From: Chloropicon primus
Lineage: Eukaryota
Direction: 5' to 3'
Length of the DNA stretch: 64,000 nt
NCBI GenBank assembly: GCA_023205875.1
Contig: CP060771.1
Span: 372,001-436,000 of the forward strand
Below the pieces are notes generated by a model that was given only the letters and a program-made list of their open reading frames with translations, was not told where the DNA came from and did no database searches. The position numbers were made by a program, and so were the translations under genes. Of this stretch, positions 34,601 through 44,608 are shown one piece after another. Each line of letters opens with the position of its first letter. Position 1 is the stretch's first letter.

Positions 34601-37027
34601 ACGTGCGTGAAGCACGTGTTGGAGCAGCTGAAGAGCAAGGGCTTCGTCGTCGTAACGCGTTCGGGCGAGGAGGAAAAGGACACCACCGCCAAGGGAGATT
34701 TGTTGTTGAAGAAAAAGAGGGAAGACCGTCAAGCCGCGGTAATGGCCGCATTCATGGCCCAGCAGCAAGCGTTTCTGGACACGATCACAGACTCGGAGTC
34801 GGACGAGGAGATGGAAAACGTCCAACGCCAGGAGGAGGAGGAGGCCCAAGCAAAGGAGGAGGAGATGGAGAAGGAGGAGCAAGCCAACTGCGAGTGCGCC
34901 CTTTGCAAGGGGGAGATCAAAGACGTCCACAGCCTTTGCTGGGTGGGGCACGCCGAGGTCTCCTCCTTTCCCTCGAGGGCACTGAAGGAGGAGGAGCAGA
35001 GGGAGGCCGCCGCCTTGGATGCTTCCGCGAGCTGTGTTTTTGACAGCACGTATGGCATCCACGTGAAAACGTGCGGCCACAAGATGCACTTTGAGTGCTA
35101 CCGCAACTACATCGAGAACCTCTTGGAGAGGTCGAGGTCGGGCCTGCGTTACGAGGGCATGAGCATCCTGAGTGTCGGGGACCAGGAGTTCCTTTGCCCC
35201 GTTTGCAGGAGGTTCTCGAACACTGTGGTTCCCTGCTGCCCGCGGGTGCCGAACCCGAGCGCCATCGCCCGAGTGACCCAGTCCCTGCAGCACTTTTTGA
35301 CGGGGTGCTGCGACAAGTTCCAAACCTTTGCGAGCAAGGCCAACAACAACAAGGAGGAGAGCAGCAGCAGCAGCAGCAGCTGGATGATGATGAAGAAGCC
35401 GAATCTGCTGTACTCCAATCTGGTCGAAATCATCGGTTACAACGTGGCTCACTTTGAGGTTCTGCTGAGGAAGACGAAGACGAGTAATGGTTATAATTGG
35501 GTGGACGTCGAGGCCGCGAGGTGCGCCGGGAAGGGCCAGCTCCTGGTGTTGAAGGAGCTCACCTGCATCGCCCAAATGCTCACCAAATGCTTCAACCAGC
35601 AGCACTTGAACGTGGACAGGATGGCCACGTTCAGAAAGGTGAACAAGATCCAAAGGTTGTTGTTGATGGGTGAAGCAGCCCATGATGGCGGGAGTGAGGG
35701 TGAGGGTGATTACGACCGGATGAATTCCGGACCCGCGCTCCCTTTCGTGAGATCTTTCCTGATGGAGAACTCCCCGCCCGACGTGATCTCCTCCCACCGA
35801 GATTACTTTGAGGGCTTGAACTCGACTCGCAGCGTGCTCGAGGACGACCCGATCCGGGAGATCGTCAAGTACAACCACCCGAACTACAAGGCCGAGGACA
35901 TCAGGAGCGTGTGCGACCCTTTCAAGCTGTTCATGGAGCTCCACTACTTTTGCGACGACGCGGGGGGTGCGGTGGACTTGGCCCTCAGGCTCTCCGTCTA
36001 CCAGGCGGCGTGCTCGTTCGTGCTCAGCACGTACTGCAACGCGGTGAGCGAGCACCTGTCCCTGATGGAGGGGGAGGAGGGCAAAGGGGCGGCAGAGGTG
36101 GACCAGGCAGAGGTGGACCAGGCAGAGGTGGACGCCATGTACAACGAGCTCCAGGCGACGCTTGGCCGAATCTTGGACCAGGAGTACGGGGGTGCGCTCC
36201 TGGACAGGATGCTGGGTTTCGTCGAAAGCAGCGTTGCGCCTTTCCTGAGGAGGTCTTACGTGTTCAGCAATTGCCTGCGACAAAAATGCGGCTTTGACTT
36301 TGAGAACTTGGTCCGTAACGGCCTTCCGGAGACTTTGACTTTGGGGGGCAAGACCATCTTGGGGCACATGAAGGAGGCGGCCAGGGTCTGGGGGGCCCCT
36401 GGGGGCTGGGCCAGGCTCCGCGCCATGTGCCCCAACGTCCTGCCCCAGATCTTGGACGCGTGGTCGTCCAAGGCGCCGAGTCTCGGGTCCGTGTTTGGGT
36501 CCTCGCTGAACTACTCCCTCGTCGCCGAGAGCCGCCGGAGGCTCTTTCGGCCCTCCCTCATCCAGCTGCCGCACCTGTACCAGAACGCCCTGGTGGAGTG
36601 GCTCGATCGAAAGTGCCTGAGGTGCAACAAGGTGCCCAAGGAGCCGGCGCTGTGCCTGGTTTGCGGCCAGCTGGTTTGCTGCGCCGAGACCTGCTGCAAG
36701 GACGCAAGGGGGAGGGGGGAGTGCACCCAGCACTCCCTCGTCTGCGGCGCCAGGACGGGAGTCTTCCTGCTGCTGAGGCAGACCGCGATACTCATCCTCA
36801 GCGGCTCGCACACTTGCATCTACTCCTCCCCCTACCTCGACGCCCACGGGGAGGAGGACCCGGCCCTGAAGAGGGGAAAGCCCCTGTCTTTGGACAAGAA
36901 CCGTTACGAGGCCCTGAACTTGATGTGGGCCACCGGGGGGTTCGACTACGACTCGAAAGTTTTGAGGAGGTCCGTTTTGAGGAGGGGCGGCGGCAGGGGT
37001 GGGGGTGTTGGTGGCGGGGAGTTTTAG
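31613..37027 (+). CDS. PRT6: N-degron pathway E3 ubiquitin ligase (UBR box + RING), PRT6/UBR1-3 like
   Basis: UBR box (AYRCRTC...CPECF..GDHEGHDY...GCCDCGD..SW...FCKRH), RING (CALC...CGHKMHFECY...FLCPVCRR), C-terminal SPYLDAHGEED..LKRGKPL. Confidence 0.93.
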   Translation: MLSTEEEEEEVIWKCFGPRGTERGEQRDEVATTTTTDAEEMKRALNILEKISCKGEIRGLTCAPCTGPCTTIWNAGALAYRCRTCQVNDSSAICPECFAAGDHEGHDYSLYVSDHGGCCDCGDELSWRKEGFCKRHGGACGSMDVDAQGVSSFSPEMKESIQTMFNVVAKKLVHIVLHNVAECAGAKASPLHARLNFEGEEVAKELLLWISTKTEDFAESRELMCHSFLLEASSEMAAGEPGNGARGILEELDAQATARLRRLFAENAVLERDVMTACVDPTTADDMVEDGNNAKASNVVFWLLMTLKYLPSSLVDALTTCILRLTYNEDFKYEFTKLMILGYHVVCDVETMNLVHDPHNLDRSMHRNFLTRLTVQLFNCPIMTLELVQMNNLLDTVFQFLDNLLWRCCTGMPEDGGRVNIRSRYIVDKMYSRTLGDIQMILEHRTSVVPHLLENRIDLFHKMLEAFEKLQGMNEYRRKRGDHVERENTDWINCVMLESEMFLNMFEQLFSGMTQGITGSSRGGRAIRENIWAMGGQAIAFTKEWVAKDSTRRMARADASADIDYESDTIFERLFKGEDVSINLPMHRVCARMLQYFANKVALEDGDQGRTGKELGEAKMNKLLEFVQAHREDILSVIEPILKAQAFMMQVRLGLWVRNGEEVLKLQRTYNTAMWFWHEISWELDSFLLKVWVGAAKDSSEALRTLVDCFGGKFLMNIKSLQDVGTSETERIPLVSELLQELVKILLDRSCVYSPKESVRRGLIHWLFVNERQTHSKLMHLLSLSHRNYKGIDDILNEIADYHEPKLEEHGQYKLKAECWKEFDIFFPLYSKADLQKALENAEQSNSWNPDMQFKGVDLLEGDPLQFVFRVLDNGLFYQLIWSALLVSLKKPSGYAEGAVNTVLHLIYHAMDQTERGGTTGGTGGVPSAAGFASNDLKASLAFRPGRGGGEPSILEMLHHVADIRYSYDDERSRNASASDGRGFSLQPFGASENLKTCVKHVLEQLKSKGFVVVTRSGEEEKDTTAKGDLLLKKKREDRQAAVMAAFMAQQQAFLDTITDSESDEEMENVQRQEEEEAQAKEEEMEKEEQANCECALCKGEIKDVHSLCWVGHAEVSSFPSRALKEEEQREAAALDASASCVFDSTYGIHVKTCGHKMHFECYRNYIENLLERSRSGLRYEGMSILSVGDQEFLCPVCRRFSNTVVPCCPRVPNPSAIARVTQSLQHFLTGCCDKFQTFASKANNNKEESSSSSSSWMMMKKPNLLYSNLVEIIGYNVAHFEVLLRKTKTSNGYNWVDVEAARCAGKGQLLVLKELTCIAQMLTKCFNQQHLNVDRMATFRKVNKIQRLLLMGEAAHDGGSEGEGDYDRMNSGPALPFVRSFLMENSPPDVISSHRDYFEGLNSTRSVLEDDPIREIVKYNHPNYKAEDIRSVCDPFKLFMELHYFCDDAGGAVDLALRLSVYQAACSFVLSTYCNAVSEHLSLMEGEEGKGAAEVDQAEVDQAEVDAMYNELQATLGRILDQEYGGALLDRMLGFVESSVAPFLRRSYVFSNCLRQKCGFDFENLVRNGLPETLTLGGKTILGHMKEAARVWGAPGGWARLRAMCPNVLPQILDAWSSKAPSLGSVFGSSLNYSLVAESRRRLFRPSLIQLPHLYQNALVEWLDRKCLRCNKVPKEPALCLVCGQLVCCAETCCKDARGRGECTQHSLVCGARTGVFLLLRQTAILILSGSHTCIYSSPYLDAHGEEDPALKRGKPLSLDKNRYEALNLMWATGGFDYDSKVLRRSVLRRGGGRGGGVGGGEF

Positions 37028-37089
37028 TTTTAGTTTGAAGAAGAAGGTGTGGGTGGGAGGGGGGTGTGGGAGGGGGTGGGAGGGGTAAC

Positions 37090-37121
<32 letters not shown>

Positions 37122-37216
37122 TTGATTATTATTATTATTATATAGGAATGAATGATGTGATACAAAATAATAATAATAGAGTATTGTATTAGTATTATAT
37201 TATTAGGATCAGCCGA

Positions 37217-39247
37217 TCAGCTGCTGCTGTCGTAGTTTTTGAGGTGCGCCCGAGTGTACTTGTCGACCTTGCTCACGAGGTCCTTGTGGACGGTGATCTT
37301 GCCGCCCTTTTCGAACTTTTGGACCTCCTTCTCGAGCACACGCCGAAACAGCTTGTTGATGATGGTCTCCATCTTCTTCTTGTCCTTGTACAGAGCCTTG
37401 ACCTTGTGCTTTGCGAGCCCCTTGACGCGGTGGTCGATCACTTCCCGGACCACCGCCTTGAAGCGGTCGCAGGCGTCCTTCCAAACGTAGTTGGGATCCA
37501 TGTCCTTGAAGTTCTTCGTCCTCTTGTGGGCACTGGCCTTGTCGTTGGAAGCGGAAGCAGGAGGGTTGCTGGTGCTGGCAGGAGGATTGGCGTCCGCGGC
37601 AGGACGGGGAGGAGGACGGGGAGGACCAGGGCGAGGAGGGGGGGGACCAGGGCGATTACCAAAGAATGGGTAATTGTAGTCCTCCCTGGGCCTCTTGGCC
37701 CTCTTCTTGCCGTTGCCGTCGCCGTTGTTGTTGCCGTCGTTGCTCGACCACCTCTTCTCCCCGTAGGACGCTCTCCTGCTCCTCTCCTGCTCCTGCTTCT
37801 TGCTGAGCTCCTTGTGCAGCTCCGACGAGAGGTGCTTGTCGCAGATGCCCTGGGCCTTGGACGCCACCATCGCGTCCGTGTGATCCACCAAGCCGATCAG
37901 GAACGTGGCAAAGTCGCACTTTGCGGTCTTGGCCTTGGAGATCCTCTCCTTGCTGAGCGGCAGGGACGCGGTGATGTCCAGAGCCTTCCTCAGCAGCGGC
38001 AGGTACTTCTTGTCGTCCTCCTCGGTCCGGAACCTGTTCATCATCACCTGCAGCTTTCCCAGGATGTTGTGCCTGATGAAAGCCTCCCTGAGGCTCCGCG
38101 TCGGCAGCCGAAGGACGACGTCGAACATCAAGCCGATCTCGAACTGCGAGTGGTTCGAGTGCATGATCCTCAGCAGGTCCAGGGCGTTGTCCTCGCTCTT
38201 CAGCACGCCAGTCCTCGTGGTGACCTCGTCCAGGATCCTCTCCACCTCGGTCTGACCCCTGACGGCGGCGTGGACCTTGGTGGACGACGACAGCCTGCGG
38301 CGGTTGGAGGAGGACGATTGGATGTGGGAGAACTCGTCCTCCACGTGCTTGCTGACGATGAACTCCGGGGCCGGCTCGTCCCTCGCGGGGTTGTAGTTCG
38401 TCAAGGAGCTGCTGCTCTCGGGCTCCAAATTCACTTGGTTCGCCTGCGGGGCCTTGGACCCGATGAACCCCCGGCAGTTGGGCTCCCCGCACAGGCACTT
38501 GAGCGTGGACGTCTGCTGCGCGTCGTTCTCAAAGTGGTAGTCGAACGTGAGCTCGCCCCCGGCCTTGACGTCCTTGAGCGCGAACACCCCGATGCAGAGC
38601 TCCCCGTTCACCTGCCACTTTTGCGTCTCGCAGTTGGGCTCGCACGAGTGGTTCAGGAACCTGGACAGGTTCCCCTTCTTGGTCGCATCGATCAGCTCGC
38701 CGTTGGCGATCGACATAAAGTAAAAGTGCCTCCGCCCGCCCTCGCGGTACTCCACCTTCCTCCTGGCGTGCTCCTCCTCGTCGATCACCTCCCCGACGTA
38801 CTCCATCACAAAGTCTCCCTTGGCGAGGTCCACGTTCGTCCTCAGGCCGTACCCCTTGGGCCCCGTCGGCGGCATCAATGAAACGTCCGCGTACTTCCTC
38901 CTCTGGAACCTCGTGTTCTCGCACTGCTCCCCGCACGCGCACCACTTTGGATCGCACTCCACGAACATCATCCGATTGATGCAAGCATTGCTCGAGCACC
39001 CTTCTGAATCTCTCGAACAGTCGCACACCATGATGTCATCCGCACGAGGACGACGACGAGGACGGTGAAGGTAAACGTTCTTCGGGATCACAGTCACCTT
39101 GTACGTAGAAGAAGAACAAGACGAAGACGAAGGCGGCGGAGCCGAGCACGGAACACACGACGCCACCGTGCCGCCGGAAGCCGCAGCCCTCGTCGTCGTC
39201 GTTGTTGTTGTTGTGTTCATCTTCGTCGTTTCTGTCGTCATCGTCAT
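37217..39247 (-). CDS. SET2/ASHH-type H3K36 methyltransferase (AWS-SET-postSET, C-terminal SRI-like helices)
   Basis: CINRMMFVEC, KGYGL, EYVGEVI, IDATKKGNLSRFLNHSCEPNC, ELTFDY, CLCGEPNCRGFIG. Confidence 0.93.
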   Translation of the reverse strand: MTMTTETTKMNTTTTTTTTRAAASGGTVASCVPCSAPPPSSSSCSSSTYKVTVIPKNVYLHRPRRRPRADDIMVCDCSRDSEGCSSNACINRMMFVECDPKWCACGEQCENTRFQRRKYADVSLMPPTGPKGYGLRTNVDLAKGDFVMEYVGEVIDEEEHARRKVEYREGGRRHFYFMSIANGELIDATKKGNLSRFLNHSCEPNCETQKWQVNGELCIGVFALKDVKAGGELTFDYHFENDAQQTSTLKCLCGEPNCRGFIGSKAPQANQVNLEPESSSSLTNYNPARDEPAPEFIVSKHVEDEFSHIQSSSSNRRRLSSSTKVHAAVRGQTEVERILDEVTTRTGVLKSEDNALDLLRIMHSNHSQFEIGLMFDVVLRLPTRSLREAFIRHNILGKLQVMMNRFRTEEDDKKYLPLLRKALDITASLPLSKERISKAKTAKCDFATFLIGLVDHTDAMVASKAQGICDKHLSSELHKELSKKQEQERSRRASYGEKRWSSNDGNNNGDGNGKKRAKRPREDYNYPFFGNRPGPPPPRPGPPRPPPRPAADANPPASTSNPPASASNDKASAHKRTKNFKDMDPNYVWKDACDRFKAVVREVIDHRVKGLAKHKVKALYKDKKKMETIINKLFRRVLEKEVQKFEKGGKITVHKDLVSKVDKYTRAHLKNYDSSS

Positions 39248-39517
39248 GGGGGTGGATCAGAGTCAGAGTGAGAGTGAGAGAGTGAGCGGTCGTCTGTGTG
39301 TTTGGTATCAATGGAAAGAGGAGGAGACGGCGGTTCTTGTTGTGACCGGTTCTCTTGAGTGGCTCGAGTGGGTTTCCCTCTCCCTCTCCCTCTCCCTCTC
39401 CCCCCTCTCGTGCGCGCGTTCTCCGGGTTTGGCGTGCTCCCGCCGTCTTCGTCGTGGCGCGAGGGGCCCCCCTCTTCCAGCGAGAAACGTATAAGGGAAA
39501 ATTTGTCATTTAAACGT

Positions 39518-39631
39518 GTCGTTCTGGCGCAGCGGTAGCGTGGTGGGCCCATAGAGAAACCCTGCATGGAATCCATGCTGCTCGATATGAGAGACACCCA
39601 CAGGTCGGGGGATCGAGACCTCCGAACGACA
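39518..39631 (+). tRNA. tRNA-Met(CAT), initiator-like, with a 42-nt intron at 37/38 (39554-39595)
   Basis: Acceptor stem GTCGTTC/GAACGAC plus A73; D arm TGGCGCAGCGGTAGCGT; anticodon arm GTGGG-CCCATA|A-CCCAC; T arm GGGGG-ATCGAGA-CCTCC; C32 pairs with the intron's third-last G; TATAA about 28 nt upstream. Confidence 0.92.
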
Positions 39632-39939
39632 TTTAACTTATGCTCCGGGAGACAAGGATTCGGTGAGTGACGTTAATTATACAAGGATCACAACGAGATC
39701 GTTGATCGTAACGGCGGAGGACGGCGAGGAGGTGTGTGACCTGGCGGGAGCTGGAGAGGGGACCATGGTCTTGGTCAAGCACCACCCGAAGAAGAAGGGG
39801 AGGGCGACGAAGGGGAGGGCTCCCAGATGGAGCGAAGGGGAGAAGCGAATCGTGTTATCCCACGTCGAGAAAGGAGGAGGAGGAACCAGGAAGGAAAGCG
39901 AAGGTCGATGACAGGTTCGTCGTGAGACATTGTTCTTGG

Positions 39940-40340
39940 TTACGAATTGGCATCGATCCAATCGATGACGTGCAGGCGGTTACGGCGCTTCGCCTGTATT
40001 ATGCACATCTTTGGTTCCCAAGGGCAAGGCGGATTCTGGCTTCGAACCCACTGCAGAACCTCAAGGTGACCTCCAAAAGCTGCATTAGAACAAGTCCTCC
40101 AGTGCCAATCACAAGGCGGGTCCTGGCTTCGAGCCCACTGCAGAACATCAAGGTGGCCTCCTTGAGCTGCACCAGCACAAGTCTCCTCGTCCCAAGGGCA
40201 AGGCGGATCCTGGCTTCGAGCCCACTGCAGAACATCAAGGTGACCTCCTTTAGCTGCCCCTCTACAAGTCCTCTCGTCCCAAGGGCAAGGCGGGTCCTGG
40301 CTTCGGAGCCACTTCAGAACGTCAAGTTGACCTCCTCTAG
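39940..40340 (-). pseudogene. Ankyrin-like repeat gene fragment (27-aa repeats GGHLDVLQWARSQDPPCPWDExTC)
   Basis: Four 81-bp coding repeats; no credible N-terminus, and the 5' side runs directly into a tandem array. It could also be a terminal exon. Confidence 0.6.
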
Positions 40341-40370
40341 CTCTCTCCCTCCTCCCCCCTCCTCCCTCTC

Positions 40371-41225
40371 CTGATCCTGTCTCTCCACCACTCACTCATG
40401 AATCACTCCTTATGAATGAATGACACACAAAGCCAAACTCAGCAACAATGATCCCATGATCCCATGACCCCATGAGTCAATCCCTCCCCTCCACCATCAT
40501 CCACCATCCTCCCTATCCTGATCCTGTCTCTCCACCACTCACTCATGAATCACTCCTATTGAATGAATGACACACAAAGCCAAACCCAGCAACAATGATC
40601 CCATGATCCCATGACCCCATGAGTCAATCCCTCCCTCCTCCTCCACCATCCTCCCTATCCTGATCCTGTCTCTCCACCACTCACTCATGAATCACTCCTA
40701 TTGAATGAATGACACACAAAGCCAAACCCAGCAACAATGATCCCATGATCCCATGACCCCATGAGTCAATCCCTCCCCTCCACCATCATCCACCATCCTC
40801 CCTCTCCTGATCCTGTCTCTCCACCACTCACTCATGAATCACTCCTATTGAATGAATGACACACAAAGCCAAACCCAGCAACAATGATCCCATGATCCCA
40901 TGACCCCATGAGTCAATCCCTCCCTCCTCCTCCCCTCCTCCCTATCCTGATCCTGTCTCTCCACCACTCACTCATGAATCACTCCTTATGAATGAATGAC
41001 ACACAAAGCCAAACCCAGCAACAATGATCCCATGATCCCATGACCCCATGAGTCAATCCCTCCCTCCTCCTCCCCTCCTCCCTATCCTGATCCTGTCTCT
41101 CCACCATCCATTCACTCATGAATCACTCCTTATGAATGAATGACACACAAAGCCAAACCCAGCAACAATGATCTCATGACCCCATGACCCCATGAGTCAA
41201 TCCCTCCCCTCCACCATCATCCCTC
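40371..41225. repeat. Tandem array, about 6 units of 140-147 bp
   Basis: Unit marker CTGATCCTGTCTCTCCACC at about 40371, 40518, 40660, 40807, 40947, 41087. Confidence 0.97.
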
Positions 41226-41341
41226 CCTCCCTCCCTCCCTCCCTCCCTCGCTCGCTGCTGATCATGATCATGATCGTGATCGTGTGGCTGGCGACGGCGC
41301 CCCCCTCTCCTCCTCTCGGGGGTTCAGATCAGCAGCGAGGG

Positions 41342-43199
41342 ATGGAGACTCCCTGGTTCGACGAGAGGGCAACCACGACGACGACGACGACGACAAGCGA
41401 GAAGAAGAAGGCGATGGAGAAGCTCAGCATCAGCGACGAGGCTGGCGGCGAGTCGAAGCAGCAGCAGCAGCAGCAGCCGAGCAAGAAGCAGCAAAAGAAA
41501 AAGAACAAGCAACAGCAGCAAGGGAATGAGGATGGGAAGCCTAAACTGAGTCGGGCGGAGATCAAGGCGCAGAGGTTGGCGGCGCGCGGTGCCAAGGGTG
41601 GGCAGCAGCAGCAGCAAGAGGATCCTCTGGCCCACAAGTACGGAGACATGAAGCTCGTGCAGTCGCAGACGTTGAATGCTTACGAGTTCACGGAACTCTC
41701 CGCTTTGGAGGAGAAGGTGAAGGGAACTGGGGATGGAGAAGTTTGTCAAGTGAGGATGAGGGGAAGGCTTCATGCGGTGAGAGGGAAGGGAAAGAGCGCC
41801 TTCGTTGTCCTCAGGAGCGGAACGGAGACACTCCAGTGCGTCTTCTTCGTCGACAAGGAGTCCAAGGTAAGCCAAGTCCTCCTCCTCCTCCTCCTCCTCC
41901 TCGCGCCTTGGGAACAAAAGCTAAAGCTCTCTCTCTCTCTCTCTCCCTCCCTCTCTCTCTCTCTTGTGGTGTTTGTTTGTTTGTTTGTAGGTCGTGAGCA
42001 AAGGAATGATCAAGTACGTGACCGGCTTGTCCAAGGAGAGCATCGTGGACGTCGAGGGCGTCGCCGTGGTCGCGGACAAGCCCGTGGATGGCTGCAGCAT
42101 CAAGGGCGTCGAGATCCAGGGAACGGGGCTGTTCTGCGTCTCCAGGGCCGCGCCACTTCCCTTTGACATCGCGGACGCTTGCAGGAGGGAGGACGACACC
42201 ACCGGCGGAACGGTGAACCAGGACACCAGGCTCAACAACAGGTACATCGACCTGCGCACGCCAGCGAACAACGCCATCTTCAGGATCCAGAGCGCCGTCG
42301 GCCAGCTCTTCCGCGAGAACATGCTTGGAAGGGACTTTGTGGAGATCCACTCGCCCAAGATCATGGCCGGCTCGAGCGAGGGAGGCTCGTCCGTGTTCGA
42401 GCTCTCCTACATGGGGAGGCCTGCCTGCCTCGCGCAGAGCCCTCAACTGTGCAAGCAGATGGCCATCTGCGCCGACTTTGGCGGAGTCTTCGAGATCGGA
42501 CCCGTCTTCAGGGCCGAGAAGAGTTTCACCCACAGGCACTTGTGCGAGTTCGTTGGCATGGATTTCGAGATGCCGATCAAGGAGCACTACTTTGAGCTTC
42601 TCGACGTGATCGACGACTTGTTCGTCTACATGTTCGACGGCCTGAAGCAGAAGAAGAAGGAGTTGGAGGCCATCAACGCCCAGTACCCCTTCGAGCCCCT
42701 CGAGTACCTCAGGCCATCCCTGAGGCTCACCTTCGAGGAGGGCGTGAAGATGCTCCAGGAGGCCGGCGTCGAGATCGACCCCCTGGACGACCTTTCCACG
42801 GAGACGGAAAGGCTCTTGGGAAAGCTCGTCAAGGAGAAGTACAAGACCGACTTTTACATCCTGCACCGCTACCCGCTGAACGCCAGGCCCTTCTACACCA
42901 TGCCGGCCCCAGACAACCCGGACTACACCAACAGTTACGACGTCTTCATCAGGGGGGAGGAGATCATCTCGGGAGCGCAGAGGATCCACGACCCAGTCCT
43001 CCTAACCGAGAGGGCCAAGGCCTGCGGCTTGGACGTGGCTACCATCGAGAGCTACATCAAGTCCTTCTCCTACGGTGCCCCGCCTCACGGCGGCTGCGGC
43101 GTTGGTCTGGAGAGGGTTGCCATGCTTTACCTCGGCCTGAACAACATCAGGAAAACGTCCTTGTTCCCAAGAGACCCCACCAGACTCACCCCTCCGTAA
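41342..43199 (+). CDS. Cytosolic aspartyl-tRNA synthetase; intron 41867-41990
   Basis: OB fold (RGRLHAVRGKGKSAFVVLR), NQDTRLNNRYIDLRTP, LAQSPQL, GPVFRAE..THRHLCEF, GEEIISGAQRIHD, PPHGGCGVGLER, LFPRDP. Start may be 41414. Confidence 0.97.
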
Positions 43200-43308
43200 T
43201 AATCAGACGGCAGAAATCAAAACACGCCGATAACGACGACGACGACGACGACGACAATATTCTCAATGAATCACGAATTATTATTCCTTTCGTTGACCCT
43301 CATCGAGG

Positions 43309-43339
43309 CAAGAGACGATCTATCCATCCTTACCAATGC

Positions 43340-43370
<31 letters not shown>

Positions 43371-44528
43371 CCCTCTCCCCCCTGCTCCTCCACCATCACC
43401 ATCATCATTCCACTTCATCCCAATCGTGTCCTCTCTCTCTAGGGAGCAAAAGTGAGCAAGTGAGGGCTCCTTGGAAAGAGCAAGAGACGATCTATCCATC
43501 CTTACCAATGCCACACACACACACACACCTCCCTCTCCCCTTGCTCCTCCACCATCACCATCATCATTCCACTTCATCCCAATCGTGTCCTCTCTCTAGG
43601 GAGCAAAGTGAGCAAGTGAGGGCTCCTTGGAAAGAGCAAGAGACGATCTATCCATCCTTACCAACGCCACACACACACACACACACCTCCCTCTCCCCCT
43701 TGCTCCTCCACCATCACCATCATCATTCCACTTCATCCCAATCGTGTCCTCTCTCTCTAGGGAGCAAAAGTGAGCAAGTGAGGGCTCCTTGGAAAGAGCA
43801 AGAGACGATCTATCCATCCTTACCAATGCCACACACACACACACACACACCTCCCTCTCCCCCCTGCTCCTCCACCATCACCATCATCATTCCACTTCAT
43901 CCCAATCGTGTCCTCTCTCTAGGGAGCAAAGTGAGCAAGTGAGGGCTCCTTGGAAAGAGCAAGAGACGATCTATCCATCCTTACCAACGCCACACACACA
44001 CACACCTCCCTCTCCCCTTGCTCCTCCACCATCACCATCATCATTCCACTTCATCCCAATCGTCTCTCTAGGGAGCAAAGTGAGCAAGTGAGGGCTCCTT
44101 GGAAAGAGCAAGAGACGATCTATCCATCCTTACCAATGCCACACACACACACACACACCTCCCTCTCCCCCTTGCTCCTCCACCATCACCATCATCATTC
44201 CACTTCATCCCAATCGTGTCCTCTCTCTCTAGGGAGCAAAAGTGAGCAAGTGAGGGCTCCTTGGAAAGAGCAAGAGACGATCTATCCATCCTTACCAATG
44301 CCACACACACACACACACCTCCCTCTCCCCCTTGCTCCTCCACCATCACCATCATCATTCCACTTCATCCCAATCGTGTCCTCTCTCTCTAGGGAGCAAA
44401 AGTGAGCAAGTGAGGGCTCCTTGGAAAGAGCAAGAGACGATCTATCCATCCTTACCAATGCCACACACACACACACACACCTCCCTCTCCCCCTTGCTCC
44501 TCCACCATCACCATCATCATTCCACTTC
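43309..44528. repeat. Tandem array, 7 full units plus a partial, 149-172 bp, containing (CA)n and the promoter motif
   Basis: CAAGAGACGATC at 43309, 43481, 43637, 43799, 43960, 44109, 44271, 44431. Confidence 0.97.
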
Positions 44529-44608
44529 CCATGTCTTCCTCGATGCTTTGATTCTCAGAACAGAGACAGACAGAGACAGAGAGAGAGAGAGAGAGAGAAG
44601 AGTCGAGT

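Noticed and set aside
34103..37165. 1020-aa minus-strand ORF, and similar long antisense ORFs (1207-2346, 7426-8694, 26333-27559, 37244-38881, 41811-42989, 52592-54250, 57955-59082, 62894-63910)
   Set aside because: They are shadows of real genes on the opposite strand caused by GC3-rich codon usage, with no recognisable motifs.
43309..44528. Possible CRISPR array or His-rich peptide genes
   Set aside because: Whole units repeat with no unique spacers, no cas genes are present and the context is eukaryotic. The His runs are translations of (CA)n/(CAT)n.
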